Shown here in pieces: positions 1 through 7,895 of a DNA stretch of 32,638 nt. Below the pieces are notes generated by a model that had not been told where the DNA came from, did no database searches, and was given only the letters and a program-made list of their open reading frames with translations. Source of the stretch: Candidatus Eiseniibacteriota bacterium (GTDB lineage Bacteria > Orphanbacterota > Orphanbacteria > Orphanbacterales > Orphanbacteraceae); contig JBDROZ010000043.1 in NCBI GenBank assembly GCA_043809585.1, forward strand, positions 1 to 32,638, given 5' to 3'. Position 1 is the first letter of the stretch. Every line of letters begins with the position of its first letter. The translations under genes and the position numbers were made by a program.

Positions 1-143
1 GCGGCCGTGTCGAGGGCGGGATAGAGAAGCCCCGCCTTCGCCTCCTCCTCCGTCGCCGGGCCGTCGTCGCCGCGGACGAGGAGAAAGATCACGATCACGA
101 GGGCGAGCAGGACACCGACGAGGGAGAGGGGATTCTTCGGCAT
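1..143 (-). CDS. N-terminal part of a membrane-anchored protein (probably DUF4340 family), truncated by the window edge
   Basis: ATG at 143-141 overlaps the upstream TGA (TGATG). Translation MPKNPLSLVGVLLALVIVIFLLVRGDDG... has a single N-terminal TM helix. DUF4340 is inferred only from its usual position after GldG-like genes. Confidence 0.6.
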   Translation of the reverse strand, partial: MPKNPLSLVGVLLALVIVIFLLVRGDDGPATEEEAKAGLLYPALDTA

Positions 144-1777
144 CACGCGCCCCCTCCCGACTCGGCGAGCCGTGCCTCCTCCCGGCTGTTCCGGAGCCTG
201 ATGTAGCGGACGACGCCGAAGAGAACCACGAGGAGAGGAACCCCGAAGGTGACGAGGAACTTCGCGATCGACTTCCACCGTTCCGAGACCTCCCGGATCG
301 GACGGTCGACGGCGGACCGGGAGCGGATCGCGATCAATTCGTCGCCGAGGGTGAGCCAGTCGACGGCGTTCTGGAGGAGCACCACGTTGTTCGGGAATTG
401 GCCGATCATGTCGTCCATCACCATGTTCGCGGAGCCGAAGACGACGACCTGGGTCTCCGGGCTCATCGGGACGATTCCCCGCCCATCGTCCGAGGGCGGG
501 GCGATCCCCGCGGCCTCCTCCATCCCACGGGCCGGAGGAATCTCCTTCCCCCCGAAGAAGCTGGGGAAGGTTCCGCCCGCCGCCACGGCGAGGGGGAGCT
601 TCACGGCCGGCTCCCGGGGCGCGTCGGGGAACCGCTGCTGGGGATTCAGGTCGTAGGATCCCGCCTTCGCCCAGCCGAACTCGGTGGTCGTCATCAAGGT
701 GTCCACCGTCACCGATTCGGGGAGGGTGTCCGCCGCGGCCACCGTCGACGTCCAGGGGAGGACGATGCCGGAGAGTTGGTTCACCATCGGGTTCGCTTCG
801 TTCACGTTCTCCGGCGCCACCTTCACCCAGTACGGGTAGGGCATGCTGAAGGTGATGAAGCCCTGGTTGAACGCCGCGTTCGAGTGGGACCGTGCGTCGA
901 GGGCGAGGTTCTCTCCCACGTCTACGCCCCAACTCTTCAGCATCTCCCGCATCCCGGAGAACTTCGGGTTGGCCCGGATCGAGCCCTCGGGGATGGTGAT
1001 CGCGTCGTGGAAGACGAGGAGCGCCCCCCCCCCCATGACGAACTGGTCGATCTCGAAGCAGTCCCGGTCCGAGAGGTTCACGGGCCCCACGACGACGAGG
1101 GTCCGCACCTCCGAGGGGACCTTCCTCCCCCCCGCGATATCGACCTCCGCCACTCGGTACTGCCGCTCGAGAAGCTGCTTCACGTTCGCGAGCCCCTGAT
1201 CGAGAGAAGGCGAGCCCGGTCCCCCCTTCAGCACCCCCACGGTCTTCTCCTCTTTCCGGAAGACCTTCAGGATCGCCGCGGTGAGGTCGTATTCCATGTT
1301 GCCCACGTTCTGGACCACCGGGATCACCTCGCTCCGGTCCTCGTAGAGGACGGCGATGCCGAGGTAGGCATTCGTCACCTGGGCCTTGTCCTTCTCGAAG
1401 ATCTGGAGCTGCACCTGCGGGATGCCGAGGACCCGGCACCGCTGCTCGGTCTCCGGGTCGTCCGCCGGGTCCTCCCACTCGACGAGGAGGTTCCCCTCGC
1501 CGTACGCCTGGTACTCGCCAAGCAGGTCGTTCACGTCCTGGTTCAGGGTGACCAGATAAGTGGGGAGGTCCTTCGAGAAGTAGACCTTCACGTTGACCAC
1601 GTCGTCCAAGCCCCGGAGAATGTCTTTCGTCGACCCCGAAAGCGTGTACTGGCGGTTCTCGGTCATGTCGAGGCGGAAGAACCTGTCCCGGAGGGCGAGG
1701 TTCGCCACGACCAGGATCGCGAGGGCGATCGCGACCATGAGAATCGAGTTGGCGCCCAGGGTGCTCCGGCTCTTCAC
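143..1777 (-). CDS. GldG-like ABC transporter auxiliary component (ABC_transp_aux)
   Basis: N-terminal TM helix, RLDMTENRQYTLS..T motif, EYDLT..I, 'IDQFVMGGG', 'NAVDWL..D..LI.IRSR' and a C-terminal TM helix. Follows the ABC ATPase and permease. Confidence 0.9.
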   Translation of the reverse strand: MKSRSTLGANSILMVAIALAILVVANLALRDRFFRLDMTENRQYTLSGSTKDILRGLDDVVNVKVYFSKDLPTYLVTLNQDVNDLLGEYQAYGEGNLLVEWEDPADDPETEQRCRVLGIPQVQLQIFEKDKAQVTNAYLGIAVLYEDRSEVIPVVQNVGNMEYDLTAAILKVFRKEEKTVGVLKGGPGSPSLDQGLANVKQLLERQYRVAEVDIAGGRKVPSEVRTLVVVGPVNLSDRDCFEIDQFVMGGGALLVFHDAITIPEGSIRANPKFSGMREMLKSWGVDVGENLALDARSHSNAAFNQGFITFSMPYPYWVKVAPENVNEANPMVNQLSGIVLPWTSTVAAADTLPESVTVDTLMTTTEFGWAKAGSYDLNPQQRFPDAPREPAVKLPLAVAAGGTFPSFFGGKEIPPARGMEEAAGIAPPSDDGRGIVPMSPETQVVVFGSANMVMDDMIGQFPNNVVLLQNAVDWLTLGDELIAIRSRSAVDRPIREVSERWKSIAKFLVTFGVPLLVVLFGVVRYIRLRNSREEARLAESGGGA

Positions 1778-1781
1778 GACC

Positions 1782-2498
1782 CTACTTCCACTTCCGGCTC
1801 TCGACGGACCGCACGTTCAGGTATAGGAAGAAGGCGATCACCGAGAGGTAATAGACCACGTCCCGCGAATCGACCACGCCCCGCCCGATCGAGTCGTAGT
1901 GGGCGCCCATGCCGAGGAACTTCAAGAGAGGCACGAGGACCCGCGGCGCGTTGTAGATCACGAATTCCTCGCCCACGATGAAGAGACCGAAGGTGAGGGT
2001 GATGCCGATGATGAAGGCGATGATCTGGTTCTCCGTCAGGCTCGACACGAAGAGCCCGACCGCGAGAAACGCCCCGCCGAGGAGCACGGCGCCGATGTAC
2101 CCGCCCATGATCTGGCCCCCGTCCGGATCGCCGAGAAGGGCGACCAGCACGGGGATCGAAAACGAAAGGGCGAGCGTGACGGTAAGGAAGAAGAAGCTCG
2201 CGAAGAACTTGCCGAGGACCACCTCGTGGTCCTTCACCGGGAGGGTCATGAGAAGCTCGATGGTCCCGAGCTTCTTCTCTTCCGCCCAGAGCCGCATGGT
2301 GACGGCGGGCACGAAGAAGAGGAGGAGCCAGGGGAGGATGCCGAACCAGCCCCGCATCGACGCCTGCCCGACGAGGAAGAAACCGCGGAGGTAGAGCCAC
2401 GACGAGAGGACGAGGAAGAAGGTGATGTAGATGTACGCCACCGGCGAGTCGAAGTAGCTCCGGAACTCCTTCTTCATGATGGTGCCCATGTTCGTCAC
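1782..2498 (-). CDS. ABC-2 type permease (GldF-like)
   Basis: GTG start at 2498 overlaps the ATPase TGA (GTGA). Motifs KKEFRSYFDSPVAY, TMRLWAEEKKLGTIELLMTLPV, VVLGKF, SSLTENQIIAF, GVVDSRDVVYYLS. The ORF-track extension to 2849 is spurious. Confidence 0.92.
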   Translation of the reverse strand: MTNMGTIMKKEFRSYFDSPVAYIYITFFLVLSSWLYLRGFFLVGQASMRGWFGILPWLLLFFVPAVTMRLWAEEKKLGTIELLMTLPVKDHEVVLGKFFASFFFLTVTLALSFSIPVLVALLGDPDGGQIMGGYIGAVLLGGAFLAVGLFVSSLTENQIIAFIIGITLTFGLFIVGEEFVIYNAPRVLVPLLKFLGMGAHYDSIGRGVVDSRDVVYYLSVIAFFLYLNVRSVESRKWK

Positions 2499-3439
2499 GA
2501 GCCGTCCCCCCTCGTGAGGCGGCGGAAGACGTCCTCCAGCGTCGCCGCCCGGACGCGCATCTCGGCGATCGCCCAGCTCTTCTCGACGGCGAGGCGGAAG
2601 AGCCTCTCGCCGAGGCCGGACGCCTCTTTTCCGATCACGGTGAAGACGTGAAGATCGCCGTCCCGGGTCCCCTCCGGCGAGACGGACTCGACGAAGTCCG
2701 CCGCCTCGAGGGCGGCGGCCACGTCCCCGCCCGAGGGCGCGCGCACGGAGAGGTGGACCTGTCCCGCCCCCTCGACGCGGCGGGAAAGCTCGTCCGGCGT
2801 GCCCGAGGCGATCAGGCTGCCTTCGTTGATGATGAGGACCCGCCCGCACGTCTGGGAGACCTCGGTCAGGATGTGGGTCGAGAGAATCACGGTCTTCTCC
2901 CTCCCCACCTCCAGGATCAGCTCACGGATCTCGATGATCTGGTTCGGGTCGAGCCCGCTCGTCGGCTCATCGAGAATCAGGATGTCCGGGTCATGGATCA
3001 TCGCCTGGGCGAGGCCGACCCTCTGCCGGTACCCCTTCGAGAGGTGCTGGATCACCCGTCCCACCACCTTCTCTAGGCCGCACACCTTCACCATCCGGGC
3101 GATCCGTTCCTTCGTCTCGCCTGGCGAGATTCCCCGGATCGACGCGATGAAGGTGAGGAAGTCGACGACCTCCATGTCGCCGTAGAGGGGGGCGCTCTCG
3201 GGGAGGTACCCGATCCGGCGGCGCACGGCGAGGGAATCTTCGAGGAGATCGTGACCCGCCACACGAGCCGTCCCTTCCGTGGGCGGGATGTAGCCGGTCA
3301 GGATGCGCATGGTCGTGGTCTTGCCCGCCCCGTTCGGTCCGAGGAAGCCGAGCACCTCGCCCCGGGCAACGTCGAACGAGACATCGTCCACGGCCACGGT
3401 GGCGCCGAATCGCTTCGAAATGTGACGGGCTTCGATCAC
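2495..3439 (-). CDS. ABC transporter ATP-binding protein (GldA-like)
   Basis: GTG start at 3439 (VIEARHISKRFG). Walker A GPNGAGKTT, signature LSKGYRQR, Walker B ILILDEPTSGLD, H-loop STH, C-terminal 'TLEDVF'. Confidence 0.95.
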   Translation of the reverse strand: MIEARHISKRFGATVAVDDVSFDVARGEVLGFLGPNGAGKTTTMRILTGYIPPTEGTARVAGHDLLEDSLAVRRRIGYLPESAPLYGDMEVVDFLTFIASIRGISPGETKERIARMVKVCGLEKVVGRVIQHLSKGYRQRVGLAQAMIHDPDILILDEPTSGLDPNQIIEIRELILEVGREKTVILSTHILTEVSQTCGRVLIINEGSLIASGTPDELSRRVEGAGQVHLSVRAPSGGDVAAALEAADFVESVSPEGTRDGDLHVFTVIGKEASGLGERLFRLAVEKSWAIAEMRVRAATLEDVFRRLTRGDGS

Positions 3440-3557
3440 GGTTCGCTTTCCGGTTCGTCCCAAGGCTCGGTACGGAAGGGCGACCGCCCCCCGGGCCCGC
3501 GCTCCGGCCGGGTGGCGATCCGCGCGGGTGACGAAAGATCCGCGACGCAGGCTTGAA

Positions 3558-3585
3558 AGTTTAGTCGGCCACGCGCCCATGTCAA
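3558..3585 (-). promoter_or_regulatory. sigma70-type promoter for the ABC operon
   Basis: Minus-strand TTGACA (3585-3580), 16-nt spacer, TAAACT (3563-3558). Confidence 0.6.
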
Positions 3586-3649
3586 GACCCATGTGGTGCG
3601 GGCGGGCGGAGCCCACCGATCCGATCTTACACCGGGTCCCCTGCCGAGG

Positions 3650-3678
3650 TTCCCAACCGGGGGGCGCTCCCCTATAAT
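3650..3678 (+). promoter_or_regulatory. sigma70-type promoter for the reductase operon
   Basis: TTCCCA (3650-3655), 17 nt, TATAAT (3673-3678), followed by SD GGAGGTGAT at 3697-3705. Confidence 0.55.
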
Positions 3679-3710
3679 GTGCCGGCGACCCCCCGTGGAG
3701 GTGATGGACC

Positions 3711-4922
3711 ATCGACAGATACGACGCCGTCGTGGTCGGCGCCGGGCCGGCCGGATCGATCGCTGCCCTCCGCCTCGCCGAAGCCGGGCACCGGGTGCTG
3801 CTCGCGGAGAAGAGGGAGCGGATCGGGTCCCCCGTCCGGTGCGCGGAGGCGACCGGGCCCCGGGCCGAGATCGAGCGGTTCGTCTCCGCCCATGACTCGT
3901 GGATCACGGCGCCCATCGACGGGGCGCGGCTCGTAAGCCCCGCGGGCCGGGTCTTCGAGCGCCGCTCCCCCGGGATCGGCGTCATGCTCGACCGGGAGCG
4001 GTTCGACGCCGGACTCGCGGCGGCGGCGGAGAAGGCCGGGGCGGACGTCCGGACCGGCCTCGAAGCGACGGGCCTCCTCCTCCGGGGGGACCGCGTCGAA
4101 GGGGTCCGTTTCGCGGGGAACGGGGGCGGGATCGAGATCCCCTGCCGTCTCGTGATCGGCGCCGACGGCGTCGAGTCCCTCGTCGGCCGCTGGGCCGGCC
4201 TCCCCTCGGGCTGGCGGGCGGACGAGGTCTTCAGCTGCCTCGAGGCGCGGGTGCGGAGCCGCCGGCGGCCCGCCGACGGCCTCCTCGAGTTCCGTTTCGG
4301 CCGGAAGATCGCCCCCGGCGGATACGCGTGGGCTTTCCCCCGTGGGGCCGATACATGGAACGTGGGCCTCGGAGTCGACCCGTCCATGTCGGACCGGGTG
4401 CCGGCGGTCCGCTTCTTCGAGCGCCTCATGGAGTCGTGGGACACGGAGGCGGAAGTCATCGAGACCATGGCGGGCGCGGCCTGCCGGTCCCGCTCCCTCC
4501 CGCGGATCACGGGGGACGGAATCGCTCTCGCCGGGGACGCCGCCCACCAGGGGAACCCGCTCACCGGGGGGGGCATCATGAACGCTCTCGAATCGGGGGA
4601 CCTCGCCGGCCGGACCGGCGCCGCGGCCCTCGAAGCGGGGGAATTCGCGGCGGCGGCGCTCCAGCGGTACGAGTCGGAATGGGCGGGGAGGGTGGGGAAG
4701 ATGAACGACCGGTACCTCGAGCTGGCCGATCTGATCTATCGGGAGTACGGGGACGACGATCTCGAGAGGATCTGGACCGGCCTGGAGCGCTTCTTTGAAA
4801 CGAAAGACCGGTCCGGCACCTGGGCCGCCGTCGCGCGGGGGGCGTTCTCCTTCCCCGGGGGATTCGTGAAGGCCGCCCTCCCCGTCGCGATGGGCCTTTC
4901 GAACCGGAGGTATCTCTTCTGA
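3711..4922 (+). CDS. Geranylgeranyl reductase family flavoprotein (digeranylgeranylglycerophospholipid reductase-like)
   Basis: YDAVVVGAGPAG FAD motif, IGSPVRCAE, VIGADG, PGGYAWAFP (PxxYxWxFP), LAGDAA..NPLTGGGI. The conserved N-terminus extends upstream of GTG 3732 to ATC 3711, with an in-frame TGA at 3702. Confidence 0.88.
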   Translation: MDRYDAVVVGAGPAGSIAALRLAEAGHRVLLAEKRERIGSPVRCAEATGPRAEIERFVSAHDSWITAPIDGARLVSPAGRVFERRSPGIGVMLDRERFDAGLAAAAEKAGADVRTGLEATGLLLRGDRVEGVRFAGNGGGIEIPCRLVIGADGVESLVGRWAGLPSGWRADEVFSCLEARVRSRRRPADGLLEFRFGRKIAPGGYAWAFPRGADTWNVGLGVDPSMSDRVPAVRFFERLMESWDTEAEVIETMAGAACRSRSLPRITGDGIALAGDAAHQGNPLTGGGIMNALESGDLAGRTGAAALEAGEFAAAALQRYESEWAGRVGKMNDRYLELADLIYREYGDDDLERIWTGLERFFETKDRSGTWAAVARGAFSFPGGFVKAALPVAMGLSNRRYLF

Positions 4923-5164
4923 TGCAGATGAAGATGAAGATGACGGCGGACGCCGGCAAGAAGCCGTTCCTTCGTCTCCACCGGGAGATCTGCCTCTCCT
5001 GCGCGGCGTGCGTCGCCGTCTGCGGGCCCGGGGCCCTCCTCCTCCACGGGCTCGAGCTCGCGTACGACAAGGATCGCTGCGAGCCGTGCGCCGACTGCCT
5101 CCGGGTCTGTCCGGTGATGGCCCTCGAGCCCATCCGCGGCACGTTCTACAGGGAGGCGCCGTGA
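4922..5164 (+). CDS. 2x[4Fe-4S] ferredoxin
   Basis: CLSCAACVAVC and CEPCADCLRVCP motifs. TGATG overlap with the reductase stop. Confidence 0.88.
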   Translation: MQMKMKMTADAGKKPFLRLHREICLSCAACVAVCGPGALLLHGLELAYDKDRCEPCADCLRVCPVMALEPIRGTFYREAP

Positions 5165-6648
5165 GCCGTCAAGAGGCGCTGAAGGATTGGAGCGGTTTCG
5201 CGGGGAGCCAGTACGTGGCGCGCCTCGCCATGCTCATCCGGGGAATCGTCGTCGCCCGCCTCCTCGGCCCCGAGGGGTACGGCAAGTGGCTCGCCCTCCT
5301 CCTGCTCTACGACCTCGGCGCCTACGTCCACCTCGGCATCCTGAACGGGATGGACCGGGAGATCCCCTTCTGGCTCGGGAAGAGCGACGAGAAGCGGGCG
5401 GGGGATTTCCGGGACAGCGGGTACACGGCGGTGATGGGGTTCACCACCCTCTTCCTCGTCGCCCTCGCCTTGGTGGACCTCCTCGGGTGGCGGGGCTACT
5501 CGCCCCTCACGCGATTCGCCCTTCCCATGGTCGGCGTCGCCGTGGTGCTGCAGAACCTCGCGTTCCTCCACTACAACGTTTTCCGCGCGAAGCAGCGGAT
5601 CGGCCCCATCTCCCTCGCCTGGGTGATCCAGGGGGTGGCGAACCTCGCCCTCTCGATTCCCCTGGTGATTTACTTCGGGGTGTACGGGCTCCTCACGGCG
5701 CTGGTCCTCACGAACGTGCTCACGGTCTTCTTCCTGCGGGGACGGGCGGACTGGCGCTTCTCCTTCCGTCGCCGATGGGACGAGATGAAGCGCCTCTTCA
5801 CCCGGGGCGTCCCCGTGCTCGCCTATCTTTTCGTGGAGGTTCTCCTCGCCCAGGCGGACAAGGTGGTCATCATCGCCGCCCTCAGCCGAACCGAGCTCGG
5901 GTACTACGGCATCGCCGCCGTGGTGGCGGGGCTGCTCCGGTACGTCACCTCGTCGGCGAGCTTCACCCTCTTCCCGAAGTTCATCTCCCGCTTCGGCGAG
6001 ACAGGCAAGATCGAGTCCCTCGCGCGAACGCTCCGTGAACCGACCTTCGCCTTCTCCATCTTCATCCCCGTCTTCCTCGGGCTCGTCTACCTCTGGATTC
6101 ACATCCCGGTGAAGTGGGTGCTGCCGAAGTTCATTCCCGGGGTGACGGCGATGAGGATTCTCGTGTGCGGCACCGTCTTCTTCTCCCTCGCCTCCCTCCC
6201 CTCCTACTTCCTGATCTCCGTGAACCGCACCCTCGTGGTGGTGACGGCCGGCTACGTCATCGTCGCCCTCGAGCTCGGGCTGAACTTCCTGCTCGTCCAC
6301 CTCGGGCTCGGCATCCGGGGCGTCGCCCTCGGCGCGGCGGTCTGCCAGTTTCTCTACGGCACGGTGCTGCTCGGCTGCGCGCTCCGGCTCGTGCCCGAGG
6401 GGGAGCGGAGCGTGATCCGATCGGTATTCGGCACGTACGTTCCCACTCTCTGGGTGGCGGCGGTGATCGCCCTCCTCTTCCGCTTCCTTCCGCTCCGGGA
6501 AACGACTCTCGGCGCCGACATCGGCATGGGCCTCGTCCGGGGGGCGATCCTTCTCGTGGCGACGGCCCCCCTCTGGGTCCATCTCCAGAGGAAAACCGGG
6601 GTCTTCACTCTGGCGTGGAGCACGATCCGGAAGAGGGAGGAAGTGTAG
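5161..6648 (+). CDS. Wzx/MOP-family oligosaccharide flippase
   Basis: GTG start overlaps the ferredoxin stop (GTGA). About 12-14 TM segments; ARLLGPEGYG, DK..I......ELGYYGIA, LGIRGVALG motifs. Confidence 0.88.
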   Translation: MSRQEALKDWSGFAGSQYVARLAMLIRGIVVARLLGPEGYGKWLALLLLYDLGAYVHLGILNGMDREIPFWLGKSDEKRAGDFRDSGYTAVMGFTTLFLVALALVDLLGWRGYSPLTRFALPMVGVAVVLQNLAFLHYNVFRAKQRIGPISLAWVIQGVANLALSIPLVIYFGVYGLLTALVLTNVLTVFFLRGRADWRFSFRRRWDEMKRLFTRGVPVLAYLFVEVLLAQADKVVIIAALSRTELGYYGIAAVVAGLLRYVTSSASFTLFPKFISRFGETGKIESLARTLREPTFAFSIFIPVFLGLVYLWIHIPVKWVLPKFIPGVTAMRILVCGTVFFSLASLPSYFLISVNRTLVVVTAGYVIVALELGLNFLLVHLGLGIRGVALGAAVCQFLYGTVLLGCALRLVPEGERSVIRSVFGTYVPTLWVAAVIALLFRFLPLRETTLGADIGMGLVRGAILLVATAPLWVHLQRKTGVFTLAWSTIRKREEV

Positions 6649-6698
6649 CCCGGCCCTCCAACCCCATGGGGTTTCAACGGTTCCGGCCCAGTATTCCC

Positions 6699-6727
6699 TT
6701 GCCTTTTGAATTGATCTGTGCTAATAT
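6699..6727 (+). promoter_or_regulatory. sigma70-type promoter with extended -10
   Basis: TTGCCT (6699-6704), 17 nt, TG-n-TAATAT (6719-6727). Confidence 0.6.
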
Positions 6728-6855
6728 GCTCTTTGTGATCGAGTAGTGATCGGAATCTCCCATCCGGTCCCAAGTTCCCATCGACCCTTCCCCCGGAACG
6801 GATCTCCACCCCACCGGAGGCCGCGAGGGACGGGCGAACACGAGGAGACAATTCG

Positions 6856-7593
6856 ATGAAGAGACTGCTATCGGTAACGATCGCGTGCGCCGCGTTCGCC
6901 GGCTTCGCATTCGCGGGCCCCTATTTCGTGCCGGGCGACTATTACGACTGCGGCGCGGGGACCTGGTGCTTCGACGCCAACAACGAGATGTTCGACGACG
7001 GCCTCCACGGCGACGGCGGGGTGGGCGACGGCATCTTCGGCGTCTACGTGCCGAGCAACCAAGCCGCGGGCCGGCACGAGTTCAAGTTCGCCTACAGCGA
7101 CTGGAGCAACGCGTACCATCCGAACTGCAACCTGTGGGTCTACATCGAGAACATGAACGACGTGATCCACTTCACCTATGACGTGAACGTCTACGCCGAC
7201 GGCTGGGTCCCGACGAACAACATCGTCTGGTCGGACAAGCTCTACCCGGCGGGCACCATGTTCGAGGTGATCGGCGACGCCCCGGAAACGGGCGGTTGGG
7301 CATTCGGCGTTCCCGGAGCGCTGAGCGGAACCATGTTCGAGGTCACGATCACCATCGGGACCGCCGGGGGCTACGGGTACAAGTGGCGGGCCGTGGGCGA
7401 CTGGGAAGTCCAGAACTTCGGCGGCGAGGGCGCGGTGCCGTGCGGCTTCAACGCCGGCTACGAGACGACCTTCGACAACCAGGACGTGCTCTTCCAGTTC
7501 GACACGGCCACCGGCCGTATTCGGGCCACTCCGCTCGAGCCGACCTCGACGGAGGAGGCGAGCTGGGGCTCGGTGAAGAAGCTGTTCGAGTAG
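6856..7593 (+). CDS. Secreted protein with two putative beta-sandwich carbohydrate-binding (X25-like) modules and a C-terminal SWGSVKKLFE motif
   Basis: SD GAGGAG and Sec signal peptide (..AGFAFA). DDGLHGDGGVGDGIF Ca-loop-like motif; paired 'AG-x-[HY][EG][FY]K...W' segments; Trp/Tyr-rich; upstream of an amylase. The coding region is solid but the function is inferred. Confidence 0.75.
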   Translation: MKRLLSVTIACAAFAGFAFAGPYFVPGDYYDCGAGTWCFDANNEMFDDGLHGDGGVGDGIFGVYVPSNQAAGRHEFKFAYSDWSNAYHPNCNLWVYIENMNDVIHFTYDVNVYADGWVPTNNIVWSDKLYPAGTMFEVIGDAPETGGWAFGVPGALSGTMFEVTITIGTAGGYGYKWRAVGDWEVQNFGGEGAVPCGFNAGYETTFDNQDVLFQFDTATGRIRATPLEPTSTEEASWGSVKKLFE

Positions 7594-7619
7594 TCTCGCG
7601 AGAGAATCGGTACGAACAC

Positions 7620-7647
7620 GGCGGCGGGGGATCCCCCGCCGCCTTTT
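7620..7647 (+). terminator. Intrinsic terminator
   Basis: GGCGGCGGGGG-AT-CCCCCGCCGCC stem followed by TTTT, 26 nt after the stop codon. Confidence 0.75.
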
Positions 7648-7701
7648 CGTGCATGGCAGAGCGACCCGTTCTTCCGACTCCTCCCCGCCACCCGGGAAAC
7701 T

Positions 7702-7797
7702 CGGGGACGATACTCATTACAGGCAACGGAAGAACGTTCCCGGGGACCGAATACCGGTAATCAGTATCCTGTCCCCGAATCTCTGTCCCCGAATCTC
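7702..7797. repeat. REP-like palindromic unit (GGGGAC-n3-ATAC / GTAT-n3-GTCCCC family)
   Basis: CGGGGACCGAATAC (7741-7754) inverted against GTATCCTGTCCCCG (7764-7777); extra half-site GGGGACGATAC at 7703; 14-bp tandem CTGTCCCCGAATCT x2 (7769-7796). Confidence 0.65.
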
Positions 7798-7895
7798 ACC
7801 CCGCTCATTTCAAAGCGATGAGTCCGGGACGGCTGTTGTATAATGTAGAGGTGCTTGCGTCGCTTCCCCTGCCCGACCCATCCGGAAGGAGTCCC

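Noticed and set aside
1024-1034. Poly-G/C tracts (C11 here; G10 at 25041; C10 at 25754) as phase-variation sites
   Set aside because: All are in frame, encode Gly/Pro runs, and are common in this GC-rich sequence.
143-3439. Gld-like ABC system as exporter for the Cys-repeat product, or as evidence of gliding motility
   Set aside because: It is 8 kb away on the opposite strand, and this operon is widespread in non-gliding bacteria; no link is visible.
3440-4579. Long N-terminal extension of the ABC ATPase in the ORF track
   Set aside because: It is antisense to the reductase and crosses the promoter region; the ATPase domain starts at GTG 3439.
4921-4944. GATGAA microrepeat at the ferredoxin start
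   Set aside because: In-frame hexamers give only MQMKMKM and alternative starts; no switching effect.
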